Source: Octopus vulgaris (taxonomy: Eukaryota). Taken from it: a stretch of DNA of 64,000 nucleotides. Shown piece by piece: positions 1 to 14,386 of the stretch. Positions within the stretch are counted from its first letter, which is position 1, and each line of letters starts with the position of its first letter. Made by a program: the position numbers and the translations under genes. The stretch covers positions 34,534,001 through 34,598,000 of the forward strand of contig OX597833.1 in the NCBI GenBank assembly GCA_951406725.2. The letters are read 5' to 3'. The notes below the pieces were generated by a model that searched no databases, was not told where the DNA came from, and saw nothing but the letters and a program-made list of their open reading frames with translations.

Positions 1-397
1 ATACCAGTATGGAAAACAGACATTAAACAATGATGATGCTGACGATGATGATGTGTAAATATATATGCACAATGGGCTTCTTTCAACTTCCATCTACCAA
101 ATCCACTCACATGGCTTAGGTCAGTCTGGGGTTATAACAAAAGACACTCAGCTAAGATGCCACACAGTGAGACTGAACTTACTGAATCTGGAACCATGTG
201 GTCGGAAAGTAAACTTCCTACCACCCAACCTTGTCCAACACAATAGCAAAGAAAATAGAATTATATAGATGCAAACTCTATTTCACCTTCTCATTAAAAT
301 AAGGTAAGAGTGGGGACCAAAAATTTACTCAATATTTCAGTGGGGTGAGGTAGGGTGGGGGATAGTAAACAAGTGTGTTGATGCTTACCTTATTTCT

Positions 398-1850
398 GTT
401 TTTTTTTTTTTTTCAGAGTTATAATCTCTGTATTTTTGTACATTTTGGGTTACATTAAATACAATATAGATGGTAAGAAGAGGGACAAGAATACCTGAAT
501 GGAAGTAGCACCAGACCAGCAAATTGTAAGAACTACGGGTCATCATTATAGAGATGATAGCATGCCTGAGGGTCAGAGGCTGGAGCATAACAGTGTATTT
601 GTAACTTAATGCCTGTCAGCCAAGTAACTTTTCTCTAGATGTGGTCAAGGATATTTATGTGAGCAGCACATTTCCAGTTGAGGGAGCAATACTCAAATTT
701 GTGTCACTTAAGCTTTGTAGAATTATCAGTATCCTAAAGTGAAGAGGTAAGTCTTTAAGATTTGGTCCAGGCTATATTAAGGATGTGGTTTTGCCAACAG
801 AGGTCCTCTATGATCATCTGGAGAAATTGCGAAGGTTCTAGTTGGTGCTGGTCATGTTGGGTGGGTGGTGAGCCACATTGTGATGATATTTTCTTAAAGT
901 CCTTGTGTTTTTACTGTTGAAAAAGACAATATTGGCATACCCCCTTTGGAGGATGCAGAAAAGATAACAATCATCTGCATAAAAGTGGGCATTGTTGATT
1001 GTGATAGCAAGTTGGTCATTGATGTTTAGGTGTATGATTCTTACATCACAGTTAATAGTGTAGGACAGAAAGAGCTCTATCAACATATGCTATGATAGCA
1101 CTATCTGATAGGAAGCTACCAATTTAAAAAATGAGGGATAGATGGAGCCTGAAGGCAGGCAGTTTTGATAAGAAATTCTCATACTAGACATGATAGAAAG
1201 CTTTGATTATGGTGAAATCAACAACATTGCTTTCATTAGATTTCTCTAAGGTGACATAGAAGAGTAGATAATCAATGGATCTGACTTATTGGATGAGGAA
1301 GGTGGTTATTAAAGAGAGAAAGGGATTAAAATGTTGGAAAACATCATTGGTAATGACTGTCACCATTATCTTTGAGATACTAGAATTGAATGCAAAAGAA
1401 CAGTAGTTTACAGGATCAGAGGGAGTACTTGTCTTGGGAACAGAATACACTTTGGCAGGTTTCCAAAGATCAGAATGTATCTCTGTAGATTGGGAGAGAT
1501 TGAAGAGCTTAGTATGTATAGAGGCTAGCTCTAAGGTGCAATATTTGAGGGGAATAGAAGTAACATTGTCAAGATTGCAGTCCTTGTTGGAATGAAGCAA
1601 ACGAGTTCTTTTGCACTTGGCATGTATGTATGCAAGGTGGTGAGATGGAGAAGGATGGATTTGGATGGAGTATAGAGTTGCATGCAAAACAAACAGTGAC
1701 AGCGAAGGCTTTCTTTGCTGGTGTACTGTTCAAAGTGTTGAGATAAACAGTTGGAGCTTATGTTGATATATCACCCAGAGGTTAGGAAGTGTATAACCTC
1801 AGGTAGAGTGTAAGGTGGTAGTCCATTGGTGTCCAATGATGACAAAATCT
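398..1850 (-). mobile_element. Degenerate CR1/L2-group non-LTR retrotransposon (RT region and 3' end)
   Basis: Minus-strand fragments KTSTPSDPVNYCSFAFNSSISKIM (cf. K..D..NYRPISL.S.ISK.ME) and NNAHFYADD; poly-A tail seen as a T run at about 398-413; many stops and frameshifts. Confidence 0.7.
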
Positions 1851-1857
1851 GTGTTCT

Positions 1858-2390
1858 TAGCAATGAGAGCACATGTGACTACAGTCCAAACTGGAAGCAC
1901 ACAGGCGCCCACAAGTGTCATAACAGTAGTCAGTTGTCTGGATTGAGGCAGATGCTACCCTGTGACATCTGTCTCTTGCAGCAGCGAGATGCTGTCACTA
2001 GTTCTCTTTGAAGGCAGCTGCTGCTGGTGAGATGAGAGACCTCCATGCTTCACTGTCTGCAGCAAAGGCTTCAAGTTCGTGTGGACTAATGCTACTCCAT
2101 TTGAGGTACTTTTCAGACTGTCATTGTACTTCTGTTTAGGCCTTTCTCATTTGCATGAGCCTTGTGTGAGATCACTGTACAACAGCTACGTGTGGATACA
2201 ACAGTCAGTCATTCTGATGACGTGGTCAGCCCAGTGTAACTGAACCTTCATCAGCATTGACTCAATGCTTGTTGAACCGGTTCTGTCTAGCACTTCTTGG
2301 TTTGTCACTCTGTCCTGCCAGCAAATACTCATGGTCCTGCACAGTGCCTTTGTGTAAAACTGTTCCAGCTGTTTGATGTGTTAGTAGTAT
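1858..2390 (-). mobile_element. RTE/BovB-like LINE C-terminal fragment
   Basis: Minus translation QLEQFYTKALCRTMSICWQDRVTNQEVLDRTGSTSIESMLMKVQLHWADHVIRM resembles the RTE C-terminal motif W.DRVTN.EVL...LRWAGHV.RM; decayed. Confidence 0.7.
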
Positions 2391-4079
2391 GGAGTTCATG
2401 TTGCACATCCATAGTGTATACTATACATCATACATCCATTGTTTCCCACTTGTAAAAAGCTCTACATCAGATGAAGATATGAAAAACATGAATGGTACTG
2501 TTTGTAAAATGTTCAGGAAAGCTTGCCGCTGCCATAGTTGGCTTGAAGATGAAATCAAATGGGATACTACATTCATGTATGAGCCAAAGGAGCCTCTACA
2601 CAGTCCTTCAGCTTATTAGAAATAGCAGTCAATCATTCTCATATCATACACAATCATTCTACAAAAGGGAAGACATATTGGATAATATAATCTGAAGTGC
2701 ACAATGTCTGAAAAGAAAGACAAGGAGGTCATGGATGGAACATATTTGATCACAAATTTCTTTGAATAGGGATCACTTGAGAATAAACAACATATAAATT
2801 ATTTTCAAATTTACTTCCTGACTGACATAAATTTGCACAAATGGATTCAATGGTAATTTAGAGATATTTGCATAAACTATCTCATTTAGATACCTCGTTC
2901 TTTGATCCAACACATCTCAGTCTTAAGTTCCCTCCATGACCCACCCATTCACTAATCACAACCGGTGAGCACTCAAATTTTTTTCTTGCTTAGCATTATG
3001 TAAAATCTAGTGTGTAATAACCACAAATGATCAGTTAATGGCACCCTTTCATTCACTTTGTATGATCAGTATAACAGTAACAAAATTTTATTTTTCATCT
3101 TTGATCAGTAAGTGTTCTTTCCTATTTGCTTCTGTCTAGAAATCAAAGAAAATGACTACAATTCTCTTCAAACTTTGCTCTTTTGACCTGGACATCAATG
3201 TTTTGAAACTGACCAATTTTCCATTACATTTCAGATAGATTCAGCACTGAGTTGCCAAAGCAGAAATATCATTATAGCAAATTTTCTGCTCAATATCAGA
3301 TTTGTGTGTCAGTTGCTTGACCATAACCACTTGAGCATGTCCCCTTTGTGCATCTCTAATCACGAGCAGGAGTAGTGAGGGAACATCATAGTTATGTATT
3401 CAGAGGAATTCTTTGGGGTTTGAATAAATGTAACAAAAGCAGTTTGAAGAAAATATTAGCCTTTTTCATACTTTCTAGGAATAAGCAAATAGGAAATAAC
3501 AGTTGCTACTCAAGGACAAAAATTATGTTACATGGTGTAATTATTAGGTTATGCCCTTTAATACACCATGGGAAATCATTCCATTGTCTATCAGCACTCA
3601 TTGTGTGCCTATAAGATTAGATACCCTTCCTTCTTTGGGTCCTTATCGCCAAATGGAGTTATAAGAACACCATTGTGATACATGATGTCTTGGATATTTT
3701 TAGAACCTAGTGGAACCAATCTTTCTCCAGATCTGATACAGCCAATTCTATTTTCCCAGGAGAAGTCGACCTTAGCACTGACCTGGTATTTAAATGACCC
3801 TGAACTAATGAAAGGCAGGTTGACTTCAGAGCACAGTGAGCAAGAATGAATATTGCAAGACATTCTAAACTAACCTCTGATGACTGCCAACTTACAATCT
3901 TTATTATATATGCAGATTCAACATTTCCATAGGGATAGGCTCTAGAAGTGGGCATTTACCTGAACAACAGAACTTTTTAGTTTATTGGAGTTTACAAGAG
4001 AAAGTCTTTTGTGAAACTAACGGATTTCTAGATTCTAGTTACACATTCTTACTGCACAACATTCATATGTGTGTGTGTG

Positions 4080-4094
<15 letters not shown>

Positions 4095-4119
<25 letters not shown>

Positions 4120-4333
4120 AAAAAGCACCATCCGAGCATGGCCGTTTGCCAGCCTTGTCTGGCACTTAAAAAGCACCCACTTCACTCACGGAGTGGTTGG
4201 CGTTAGGAAGGGCATCCAGCCGTAGAAACTTTGCCAGATCAGACTGGGCCTAGTGCAGCCTTCTGGCTTTCCAGACCCCAGTTGAACCGTCCAACCCATG
4301 CTAGCATGGAAAACGGATGCTAAACGATGATAG
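4095..4333 (+). mobile_element. 5'-truncated RTE LINE 3' UTR following a (TA)n tract
   Basis: Matches the reverse complement of the 3' end of the LINE at 61434-61620; ends GCATGGAAAACGGATGCTAAACGATGAT. Confidence 0.85.
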
Positions 4334-4519
4334 TATACTTGTGTCAGTTATTTGGCATGTTTTCTCTTTGAATTAACTGCTGGGATTTTAGCGTCAATTA
4401 AATTGGACATTATAAGTAACAAATTGAAAAAAAAGAGAAATGGAAACAGGCACACTAACAAGTCTGAATTTCTTTCCTGACTCAAATTGCTACTTGTTAA
4501 TATATTCTATCGTTATTTT

Positions 4520-4896
4520 CTTTTATCTGTTTCAATCATTAGACTGCAGCCATGCTGGGACACCACCTTGAAGAACTTTTCGTTGAATAAATCAACCCTA
4601 GGACTTTTTTTAAAGCAAGGTACTTATTCTATTGCTCTCTTTTTTTGCTGAACTGCTAGTTTATGAGAATGTAAACAAACCTATAACAGTCAAGCAGTGG
4701 TGGGGGACAGACACACACGCATATATATATAAATACTGGTCTTCTTTCAGTTTCCATCTACCAAACCCACTCAGAGGGTGTTGGTTGGCCTGAGGCTATA
4801 GTAGAAAACACTTGCCTAATGTGCTGTGCAGTGGGATTGAACCGTGAACTATGTGGTTGGGAAGCAAGCTTTGTACCACACAGCCATGCCTGTGCC
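4520..4896 (-). mobile_element. tRNA-derived SINE, family A
   Basis: Same head, core and tail as the copies at 34176-34604 and 41975-42363. Confidence 0.8.
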
Positions 4897-6329
4897 TATT
4901 AATGTCTACTAATATTTACATTTTACTTTTCTTTGCTAAACAATTCTAATTTCCTACACCTGTTCAGTCTTGTACATTTACTGAGTTGATCTTTCATAAC
5001 TACTGTGGAAGTTACACCATGCTGCTGAAGTTAGAATAAGACTGAAATATACCCAGAATTATCTCCTACGCCTTCCTGAAAAGGGAAAATATTAGCTGTT
5101 GATTTTATACAATTATAAACTTTTGTTGTCTTATCCTTTATTTTTAATTTGCACTACTTGATATAGTGTATGTAGCCTTAAAAATGTTTTTTGTTTTAAA
5201 TTTATAACTAATAACAACTGGGTCTATCATTTATCCTTCTGTCTGTCTATGTGTATGTGTGTGTATTTATAGAGCTATACATTCAACCAAACTTTGCCAA
5301 TAACACTTCCAATTGATACCAACTGATATATGAATCAATGAGGGAGCCTCTAAGTAATTGCTTATCCTCCTGAAATAGCAGCCAAGCTATTACATGAAAG
5401 AAAAAGACGTATTGAAATATGCAGTCTAGGATAAACTACTGGAAAAAGACAGCATGATCATAGCTTGAACACTTTTGATCAAAGTTCTACTCAATCGAGG
5501 ATGGCATGAGGACTAATAACAACCAATTCATATATAGCAAAATCCATATTCTTTCCCACTCCATATATAACCACTTTGCAGTATATGAGGCAAATGTCTT
5601 TTACCAGAGTCTTGTTATTGACTGAAAGCTTGTGAGTGAAATTGGACAGATGGAAACTGTCAGATGGACATAGTGAGTCACAGCACCAAGTCTGCTTGAG
5701 GATTATGTTAAGGGTATAGGGTGCCTGTGGAACACTCAGCAACTTAAATTACACATTATGAACCATTAGAACACTCGTTCATCAATATCTACAAGACTTT
5801 ATCATCACTGTGTGTGTGTGTATTGGTGAATGTTTGTTTACAAAAGAAGAAAAAACTCAATATATAGAGTTTGTGTATTTTATTAGCAATTGAAACTTCT
5901 AGAATCATGACAATATATGAGTAACCACAAACACATTAAAACATGTTTAATCATTGTGAATCTCTAGTCGCTAGACAAAAAGAAAAATTATTACTGTCAT
6001 CTATTTACCATATGCAGAACGTAATGTATTCATCTATTCACATATAATATTTGCACAGCTTCAATATCATATCCAGCTTTTCATTCAACAAGGAACCTTT
6101 AAGTGTACTGTTCATTATTGCAATGACATTAAAAGGCAGTGATTTCAAAAAAAAAAAAAGACATTTTATACAGTACAGCACTAATATGCAGAAATAGTAA
6201 ACAAAACAATATATGGCATGATTCTTTTTAGAGTTTAAATGTTCATTCTATAACTGCAAGGATTTTTCTAAACCTTATACATAGGTATTTCTTCACAAAC
6301 CAAAGATACATCTTTAACAGAAATAGTGT

Positions 6330-6536
6330 TTACCCCCTTTAACATTTACATCAACCTATCTGTTTTATATTCAAACTGGCCAGATCTGGCCTCTCATATC
6401 TACTCTACAATGTCAATCTGAAAATAAACAGTCACATCATCAAAATCTCAATTATGAAATAATGCATGATTAATTTTATAAAATGTGAATAAATAAACAT
6501 TACATTAAACAGATAATCTGAATGCTAAAGAGTTAG
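6330..6536. mobile_element. About 210-bp MITE with TTAA-type ends (CCCTTTAGCATT-like TIR), copy 1
   Basis: Colinear with 37433-37636 and 51117-51344 (TTCAAACTGGCCAGATCTGGCCTCTCA...AATGCTAAAGAGTTA). Confidence 0.75.
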
Positions 6537-9270
6537 GTGACTTTGCAGAAACTTTGCTGTTCTGTAGCCTGTATAAACAGAAAAGTTTCAGTACAATTAT
6601 GCAAAACTTTACTCCTCTAATAGTAACAAGTCTAACACTTACACTCTGAAAAGCATGTGTCTTTTTAAAACATTTAGTTTATCAAGCTGAAGGCTTTCTT
6701 GCAAATGACAGTAAAACCTAACATCTGCCCCAACCCAACAAATTTTCTGAATATCTCTTTGAAAAAAATGAAGCTCACAACATTCAGAAAGACAATGTCT
6801 TATCATCTAACTATCCAAATATATTTGGAATGCAAAGGATGATAATATTCACAATTAACTGTTTTAGTATAAAGATGAATTTCTTTCATTAATGGTTCCA
6901 GAAGGTGTAACCATTGTCTCTTAAAGTATAAATATCCTATTGTAATCATTAGCAATTTTACACATCAGATCAAAATTGGTGAATTCATGCAGACACTTCA
7001 TCGATACTTAAAGAAATCCAAAAAATGGCCATATACTTGAGGTGAGAGATAGGGACAGAACATAAATTCAGTAATTCATCAACACCAAAACTTCATTAAC
7101 AATAGCTATCTTCTTTGCTGTCGTATGTTTTACACAAATGATAAAGAAACATCACACTTTTGCATGTGAATAGATGAATATATTACATGTTCAGCACATG
7201 ACAACAGAGTAGATGTATAATGCATTTTCCACCATTTTTTTTTAGCAACCAATCAAGTCTCAATAACCATTTGTGTTTTGATGCATTTACAAACATTACT
7301 GCTGATATCCTGTTATAATGTTGCTCTTCTTCAATTGTCTGAATAATCAGCAACATGAAACTCCGTGCAATGATTCAAGAAGCTTCAGCTGCAAATAATA
7401 TATAATAGAGCCTCTTGAAAGACAATGGTCCATGAAACATGTGACCAAAATTTTAATTTTAATATATGAATAAACTCAGTATCATAAACTGAGTACTATC
7501 ATTTGATTTTATTTACAAATTATAATATTTAGATACAACATACATACATATACACACATGTGCTTACACACACATTCCTTCATTTGTTCTACATCTACTC
7601 TTTCTTGCATGAAGATGAACTAAGGCAGTGTTTTGCAACTGAATACCTTTCCTATTGTCAAGCCTTCCCTGTTTTTTGAGTAAAATATTTCTATTTCCTT
7701 GGTCTTCACAAGCATAGAGATACATACCATTTTGCTAACAGGGAATATAAGCATATCAGCAATTTGCCTAAATGCATAATGCAAAGACCCATGGAATGTA
7801 AACATTCTTACACACACACCCAAAAAGTTTCTATAAAATTTTCTAACCACCAATTTCTCCGCAAGGCATTAGTGAACCCAAGATGACACATGATTGGATA
7901 GAATCTGAAACCCCAATGTTACAAAGCAAATTCCATATACAGTCAACACACATACAACAGGCTTCTACATAGTTTTTGTCGTTAACATTCCACTCACAAG
8001 GTATTGGGCAACCACCAGATCATTAACATGGAAAAAAAATGTGGAATTTCTTCTAGCTCTTTACATCCTGAGTTCAAATCTTGTTGAAGTCAACTTTGCT
8101 TTCATCCTTCGGGGATTGGTAAAATAAAGTATCTGTCAAGTAATGGGTTTGAGCTAATCAACCAAGACCCTCCTTCTAAAAAAAAACTGCTGGCTTTGTA
8201 CTAAAATCTGTAACATTAATAGAACCAGCTTAAGAAATACCATTAGTGTAGAAATCAGGTTATAAACAAGTTACCATCCAATGCAAGTTGCATTATTCCA
8301 TTCCTAAACCACCAGTAAAATCATAGGTCAAAATAAGCGATATCTTTTGCCATCTTCAATAACCCTGCTACACGAATCAGGATACATTATGTACCCCACA
8401 AAGTTTCCCATAACACTTCATATACTCTATATGCAGTAATGGCTAGTGTAAAGGTGAGATCAACCCAATGAATTGCACTTTAGGATTACTCCATTCCCTC
8501 GCTCCCATTTATACATACATATATATCACAACTGGTATAATCATTAAATTGTTTATTAACACACCATAAGAAAGCTTCAAGCCATATACTTTACAACAAG
8601 TATAATTATATAACTATCAGATTATACCACTCAGAAGATCTTGGGTATCAAGCTATTTCCTATACACAAATGAATATGAAATTATTTACGTTATTTAACC
8701 ACCAGGTTGTGCATACATTACCACTCACACTATCATCATTCAACATCCATGGTGTGTATATGAGAGCGAGAGAGAGAGAGAGAGAGAGAAGGAAGTGGAA
8801 AATGATGAGTAGCAAGGTAGGTTACAAGAGCATGTAGGATGGGAGAGACAGGAGGCATAGGGCATGGGAAGAGTGAATGACATATAATGGCAGAGAAGGT
8901 GAGATGATTTGGTTGGGAGGAACAATGAAATATGTGGTTGGAGAGGACAATATTAAGGATGAGGGATGGATATCAGGTAAAACGATTCTAGGTGATGAGA
9001 AAGATTAGTGATATCGAGGAAAAATTGCAGTTAGAGAAATGAAAAGTAGTGTCGTGTCTTGGGGAAAATTTAGGTAAAGGGCTCAATTGTTCACACATAC
9101 ACACAGAGCTATACTCATTTATGTGCACCAACTAGTGTAAACCATCAGGCTGTGCCAAGTAACCCTCCTGGGTGTGAAACCCTTCTAGGTTCCTTAAATC
9201 TAATTATACATAGCAACTGATAAGCCCACCAAATTGTGTCAGTTAATATATCCCAGGAATGTGCCTCATG

Positions 9271-9938
9271 TCAGTGTGGTACTCGTTTATGTTTCAATAG
9301 ATCATAGCTACTAGAGAAAGCTTCTGTGCAGAAATTGCATTTGAATGGCTTTTCTGCAAGATGCTGCTGAATGTGTGTGCTCCACTCTATGGTGGAAGTG
9401 AAAGTGTTTTCACAGTATTTACAGGAGTAAAGCGTACTATGTTGTCGCCGATGCATTGTTAGGGCATAGCGGCTGGAAAATGCATCTGTGCACATATCAC
9501 ATGCAAAAGGTTTCTTAGAACTGTGTATTTTTCGATGTGCAGCTAACTCAGATTTGCTGTTAAATGCCTCTTCACAGTTCAAACATTTAAAAGGTTTATC
9601 AGCACGGTGTGCTTTCAAGTGCATGCTCCAACTATCTACAGTATCAAATGTTTCCTTGCAATATTTGCATTTATGAATCAGCTTTTTGAGGTGTGCAATG
9701 ACATGTTTCTGCAGTCTGGAATTATCAATGAAGGCTTTGTCACAATATTGACATACAAATTTTTTTTCTCCAGTGTGAATCCGGTGATGCTTAGCTTGGT
9801 TGCTACGAGTGCTGAATGATTTGTCACAGTAGTCACACTTGAAAGGTTTCTCACCCGTGTGTGTTCGCTGGTGTTCTAATAAGTTACTGCGAATACAAAA
9901 TGCCTTCTCACATTGATCACACTGATATGGCTTTTCAC
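9271..9938 (-). CDS. C2H2 zinc-finger protein, last coding exon (8 fingers, stop codon)
   Basis: Acceptor ttttcAG at 9939-9940; phase 1 completes G of HTG|EKPYQCDQC; open to TGA at 9271; eight CxxC-x12-Hxxx(x)H units with TGEKP-like linkers. Confidence 0.92.
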
Positions 9939-11206
9939 CTGAAAATACAAAATTAATCCATCTATATTATCTATATCATAATGGAGAAAGCTGCTTATTA
10001 ATTAGGTATGTAACAGTTACTAAAAGAAAGCAATTATTAAAGGTTTGACCATCTGGAAATTTTTTATAAATTCATATTCCAAGAAATTTCCTGTAATTTT
10101 GATTTCTGAAATTTATTGAATATTTGAACTACAACTTTTTCACAAATTTAAATATTTGTTGCAATCACTATGGAGTAGATTTTAATGTTTAATATTAATT
10201 TGTTGCAGGCGAAGTTTTCTGTTTTCATTTGCAACAGTCTTTCACTCTCTCTAGCCTCTATTTTCATTAATGATAATATAATATATGTTCATTTCAAGTT
10301 TTAATTTGCTATTTGCAAAACCCACAGTTTATTATATATATGTAATGTGAAAAAATTATTTATTGAATGAATGAATGCTATTAGACAAAATAGCTGTATA
10401 TCTTTGATACAAGACACAATTTCAAGAATAATATTTCTGGAGTTTGCTAAATGAATATTTTTGGTAAAATCAGAATTTTTTAATATACAGATATAATTTT
10501 AAAAAAAACATTACAAGGTGATTTTGTTGGTATGGCTGTTTGGAATGCTATAAGCCTTACAATAATAACTATGCAATAGCTACTATTTCTACCATACTAA
10601 ATGTAGTTGGATTACTTGAAGTTTGCTTAAATTACAACTATAATAAATTACTGAAAGAAATATTTACTAAGCAAATGAAATTTTTTATAAATTGAAGTTT
10701 TCAGGAAAATTTACTTTCTGAACTTCCATTTATTATTGAATATTTCGAGTTCACAAATTTAAATATTCTGTACAAGATAGTTTTTCACAAGCATTTATTT
10801 ATACGATTTTTTTCATTTCATGTTCATTTCATTCATTGTTTGCAATGTTCTCTCTCCTGCTCTCTCTCACACAAAGACACATGTGACTTATTTCCTTTCT
10901 GTCATTATCTAAGAATTATCAAGTGAATTCATTGCTATGGCTATTTGATATGCTACAGATATTCAAATATTTCTATGTAATTGCTACTATTTTTTTTGCA
11001 GGCCGTCTCAGAAATGTCAAAATGAACAGCTGGTTTTATTTGTTAATTTCTGTAATTTTTTTAATTTATTTACTTTTGCTTTAAAGTGAAAGATGTATGT
11101 ACATGTATATGAAATGGATGTGAGTGTGAGAGAGAGAGTAAGGGGTGTGTTGTCATGTATATGTACATAAATATGCATACATCTTTTTTGTATGTATGCA
11201 TATGTG

Positions 11207-11242
<36 letters not shown>

Positions 11243-11998
11243 TGAGTGCCACTTAGACATCACTCTCTCTCTTACACACAAGCACACACAGATCTTATTG
11301 TCTCATTTATTCCCTCATTTCTTTTATAGAGCAGAGAGTAACTATTTCTGTCATTCATTTTTCCATACAATTCTTAGCTGGGATAAAATCTGCAAATTTG
11401 GATGAATGTATATAAGCTATTTGAGCAAACATTACAGCAGTAAAATATACTTTCTATGGTTAATGGTACAACTAAAAAGTGCGTATGGTATGCCAACGTT
11501 CTACGTATCATGGGTATCTTCAAGCCATCAAGCTGCAATGTTCTTAGCTATCTGCATGAAAGATTTACATATTTAAAGACATGAGCTAGTTGATTTAGAA
11601 ATATATTTAATGTATTGATTGAGTATTAAAAAAATATCTAATTAGAAACCATTATATGATGAAGAAAAGACAACATTACTTCAATAAATATTTAAATCAA
11701 ATTGGCAAGTATGAAAGACAACAACAGATTTGCTCAATTTTCACAGTTACTTGTATATTAGTAATTCTGTTTTCACTTTCACAAGTACTATGAAGTCTGC
11801 TTCATTGAAGAATCTACAAAGATCAGAACATATCCTGAGTAATCTCCCATACTAGCTGAAATGGTTAAAATATTAACCATTGCACTAATATTTTTTCATT
11901 CATTACATAATTATTTCTAATTTGTTTTTTATAGCTGCCTACATAAAACTCTATATTCACTAGTATTTTATGGTTAGATATATTATGCAGGTATGTGT

Positions 11999-12709
11999 GT
12001 GTGTAGGTAGAAACTCCATAAGATGTACTCAGTGTAAGCTATGGACATATAAGAGGTGCAGCAACATCAAAGGAATATTAACTGAGAAGATAGCTTTCAT
12101 GTGTAACAGATGCACAGGGGCAATAAACACCACAGATGCTCAGAAAACAGATTCCATCACACTCCAGGGGAAGAAACTAGAAGTAGTTGATAGCTTGGTC
12201 CACTACCTAGGTGACCAAGTTAGTAGTGGAGGTGGATGCTCAGAGAGTGTTACCACTAGAATAAGAATAGCCTGGGTAAAGTTTAGAAAGCTTCTACCTC
12301 TACTGGCAATAAAGGGCTTCTCGCTCAGAGTGAAAGGTAGATTGTACAATGCATGTGTACGAACTGTCATGCTTCACAGCAATGAAACATTGGCAGTAAC
12401 TGCAGAGGACATGCATAGGCTCAAAAAAATGAAGCTAGCATGATCCGTTGGATGTGTAATGTCAGTGTGCACACACGACAGAGTGAAAGCGCCCTGAGAG
12501 AAATGTTGGACATAAGAAGCATAGGATGAGGTGTGCAAGAGAGACGTTTGCACTGATATAGTCATGTACTATGGATGAGGAGAGATGAGTGAAGAAGCTG
12601 TAGAAACACTGCCAGATCAGACTGGAGCCTGGTGCAGCCTCCTGTCTTCCTAGACCCTGGTTGAACCGTCCAACCCATGCTAGCATGGAAAACGGATGTT
12701 AAACGATGA

Positions 12710-12713
<4 letters not shown>
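11999..12713 (+). mobile_element. RTE LINE fragment (PHD-like finger, C-terminus, deleted 3' UTR) in the ZNF intron
   Basis: ORF 11970-12443 is homologous to the C-terminal part of 62044-63909; (GAT)n tail runs into (TA)n. Confidence 0.9.
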
Positions 12714-12747
<34 letters not shown>

Positions 12748-13321
12748 TTAACCTCTGACTGCTACAAAGCCAGACAACAATATTTAAATGAAGGCTATGG
12801 TTGCTAGATCAATAGATGTTAACAGTAATACACTTTAAGAACTTGATCCTAATCACTGATCTTATAGTTTCCTTTACCCCATAGTGTATGAGTGTCACTG
12901 TTAGTCAATGGATGACTCACTGGAACTGCACATTCAGCATGGTGTCTCCTATAACCTCACCTCTAATCCTAGATCAGATGGTGTCAGGTGCCATGCTTTG
13001 CCAAAGGGCAGCCTATTTTTTGTTCAGGACAGCTTATTTCCATATTTGTTACTAACCTCTATATCAGGAAGCTATTCCCCTATCTGCCCCCAGAAGTCTG
13101 GCAGAATATTTCTTTCTCAGTTCTCCCCTAGCATCTTTATCCCAGATGCTAGGGGAGATTGTGATGGGTGATGTGATTGAGTCAGGAAAATCTGAGCAAC
13201 CTCGATTTCATGAAGATGGTATCATACAACTGCAAATAGTAATAAAGAATTGTATACTATTTACTTTAAGCTAGACAAAATGATGGAAGCTGAATAAGGA
13301 AACTGGGTCTTTATCGCTTAT

Positions 13322-13722
13322 CTTTTACTTGCTTTTAGTCATTAGACTGTGGCCATGCTGGGGCACCACCTTCAATTAATATGGTCAAATGAATTGACCC
13401 AAGTACTTATTTTTTTTAAAGCCTGGTACTTATTCTATTGGTCCCTTTTGCTGAACTGCTAAGTTATGGGGATGTAAGACACACCAAGACTGGTTGTCAA
13501 GTGGTGGTGGGGAACAAACATAGACACAAAGATACACACACACATATATGTGAATATGTATGTATATATATATATGACAGACTTTTGTAGCTTTCTGTCT
13601 ACCAAATTCACTCACAAGGCTTTGGTGGGCCCAAGGCTATAGTAGGAGACACTTGCCCAAGGTGCCATGCAGTGGGACTGGACCTAGAACCATGTGGTTG
13701 GGAAGCAAGCTTCTTACCACAT
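13322..13722 (-). mobile_element. tRNA-derived SINE, family A
   Basis: Colinear with 34176-34604. Confidence 0.85.
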
Positions 13723-14061
13723 GGACTAAAGTTAACCATTTTAGCAAATTTTGTAAAAATTAAATTGTGTTAGCTATCAAACACTTAATCTTCAGCTGTT
13801 GATCTTCTCTAATGATTAAAATGAAACATTAAGATTGTCAGGAATGACAATTTCAGATATTATAAAATATCTGTTTGGACTAAAAGAACTTCAGTAACTG
13901 TTTTTCTAGTTTGTTTAATCTAAATATTATTTCCCCTTCTCATTATTAAAACCTCTAACCTATCTCGGTGCAGAGTAAGAGTGAATTGCATTGTTGAGTA
14001 GAAGTACAAATAAAGAAAACTGAAACTAATCCAGAAGGTCAATGAAAGAATTAAAACTCAC

Positions 14062-14386
14062 CTGTGTGAAATCGTCGATGTGCTTGAAGATAGTGCCTTG
14101 TACCAAATGCTTTTGGACAGAGATCACACTGATGTGGTCTTTCCCCAGTATGACTGCGGCGATGTGCAGCTAACGTCGCCAGTATGGGAAACTTCTTGTC
14201 ACATTGTTCACAATGATAAGGTTTCTCACCTGTATGGTACCGCAAATGAATGAGTAAATGAGACTTTATGCGGAAAGATTTTTCACACACCTGACAAATG
14301 AAGGTCTTAGTGTGTTTGAGAATGTGCTGTTCCAAACGATTACGACTCTTGAAAGTCTTGTTACAGAGGTTGCAATTATGAGGCAT
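14062..14386 (-). CDS. C2H2 zinc-finger protein, first coding exon (ATG, 4 fingers)
   Basis: MPHNCNLC...HRRFHT; donor G|GTGAGT at 14061; in-frame TGA upstream at 14417-14419 fixes the ATG; the exon probably begins at an acceptor at 14539-14540, so the 5' UTR is spliced. Confidence 0.9.
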
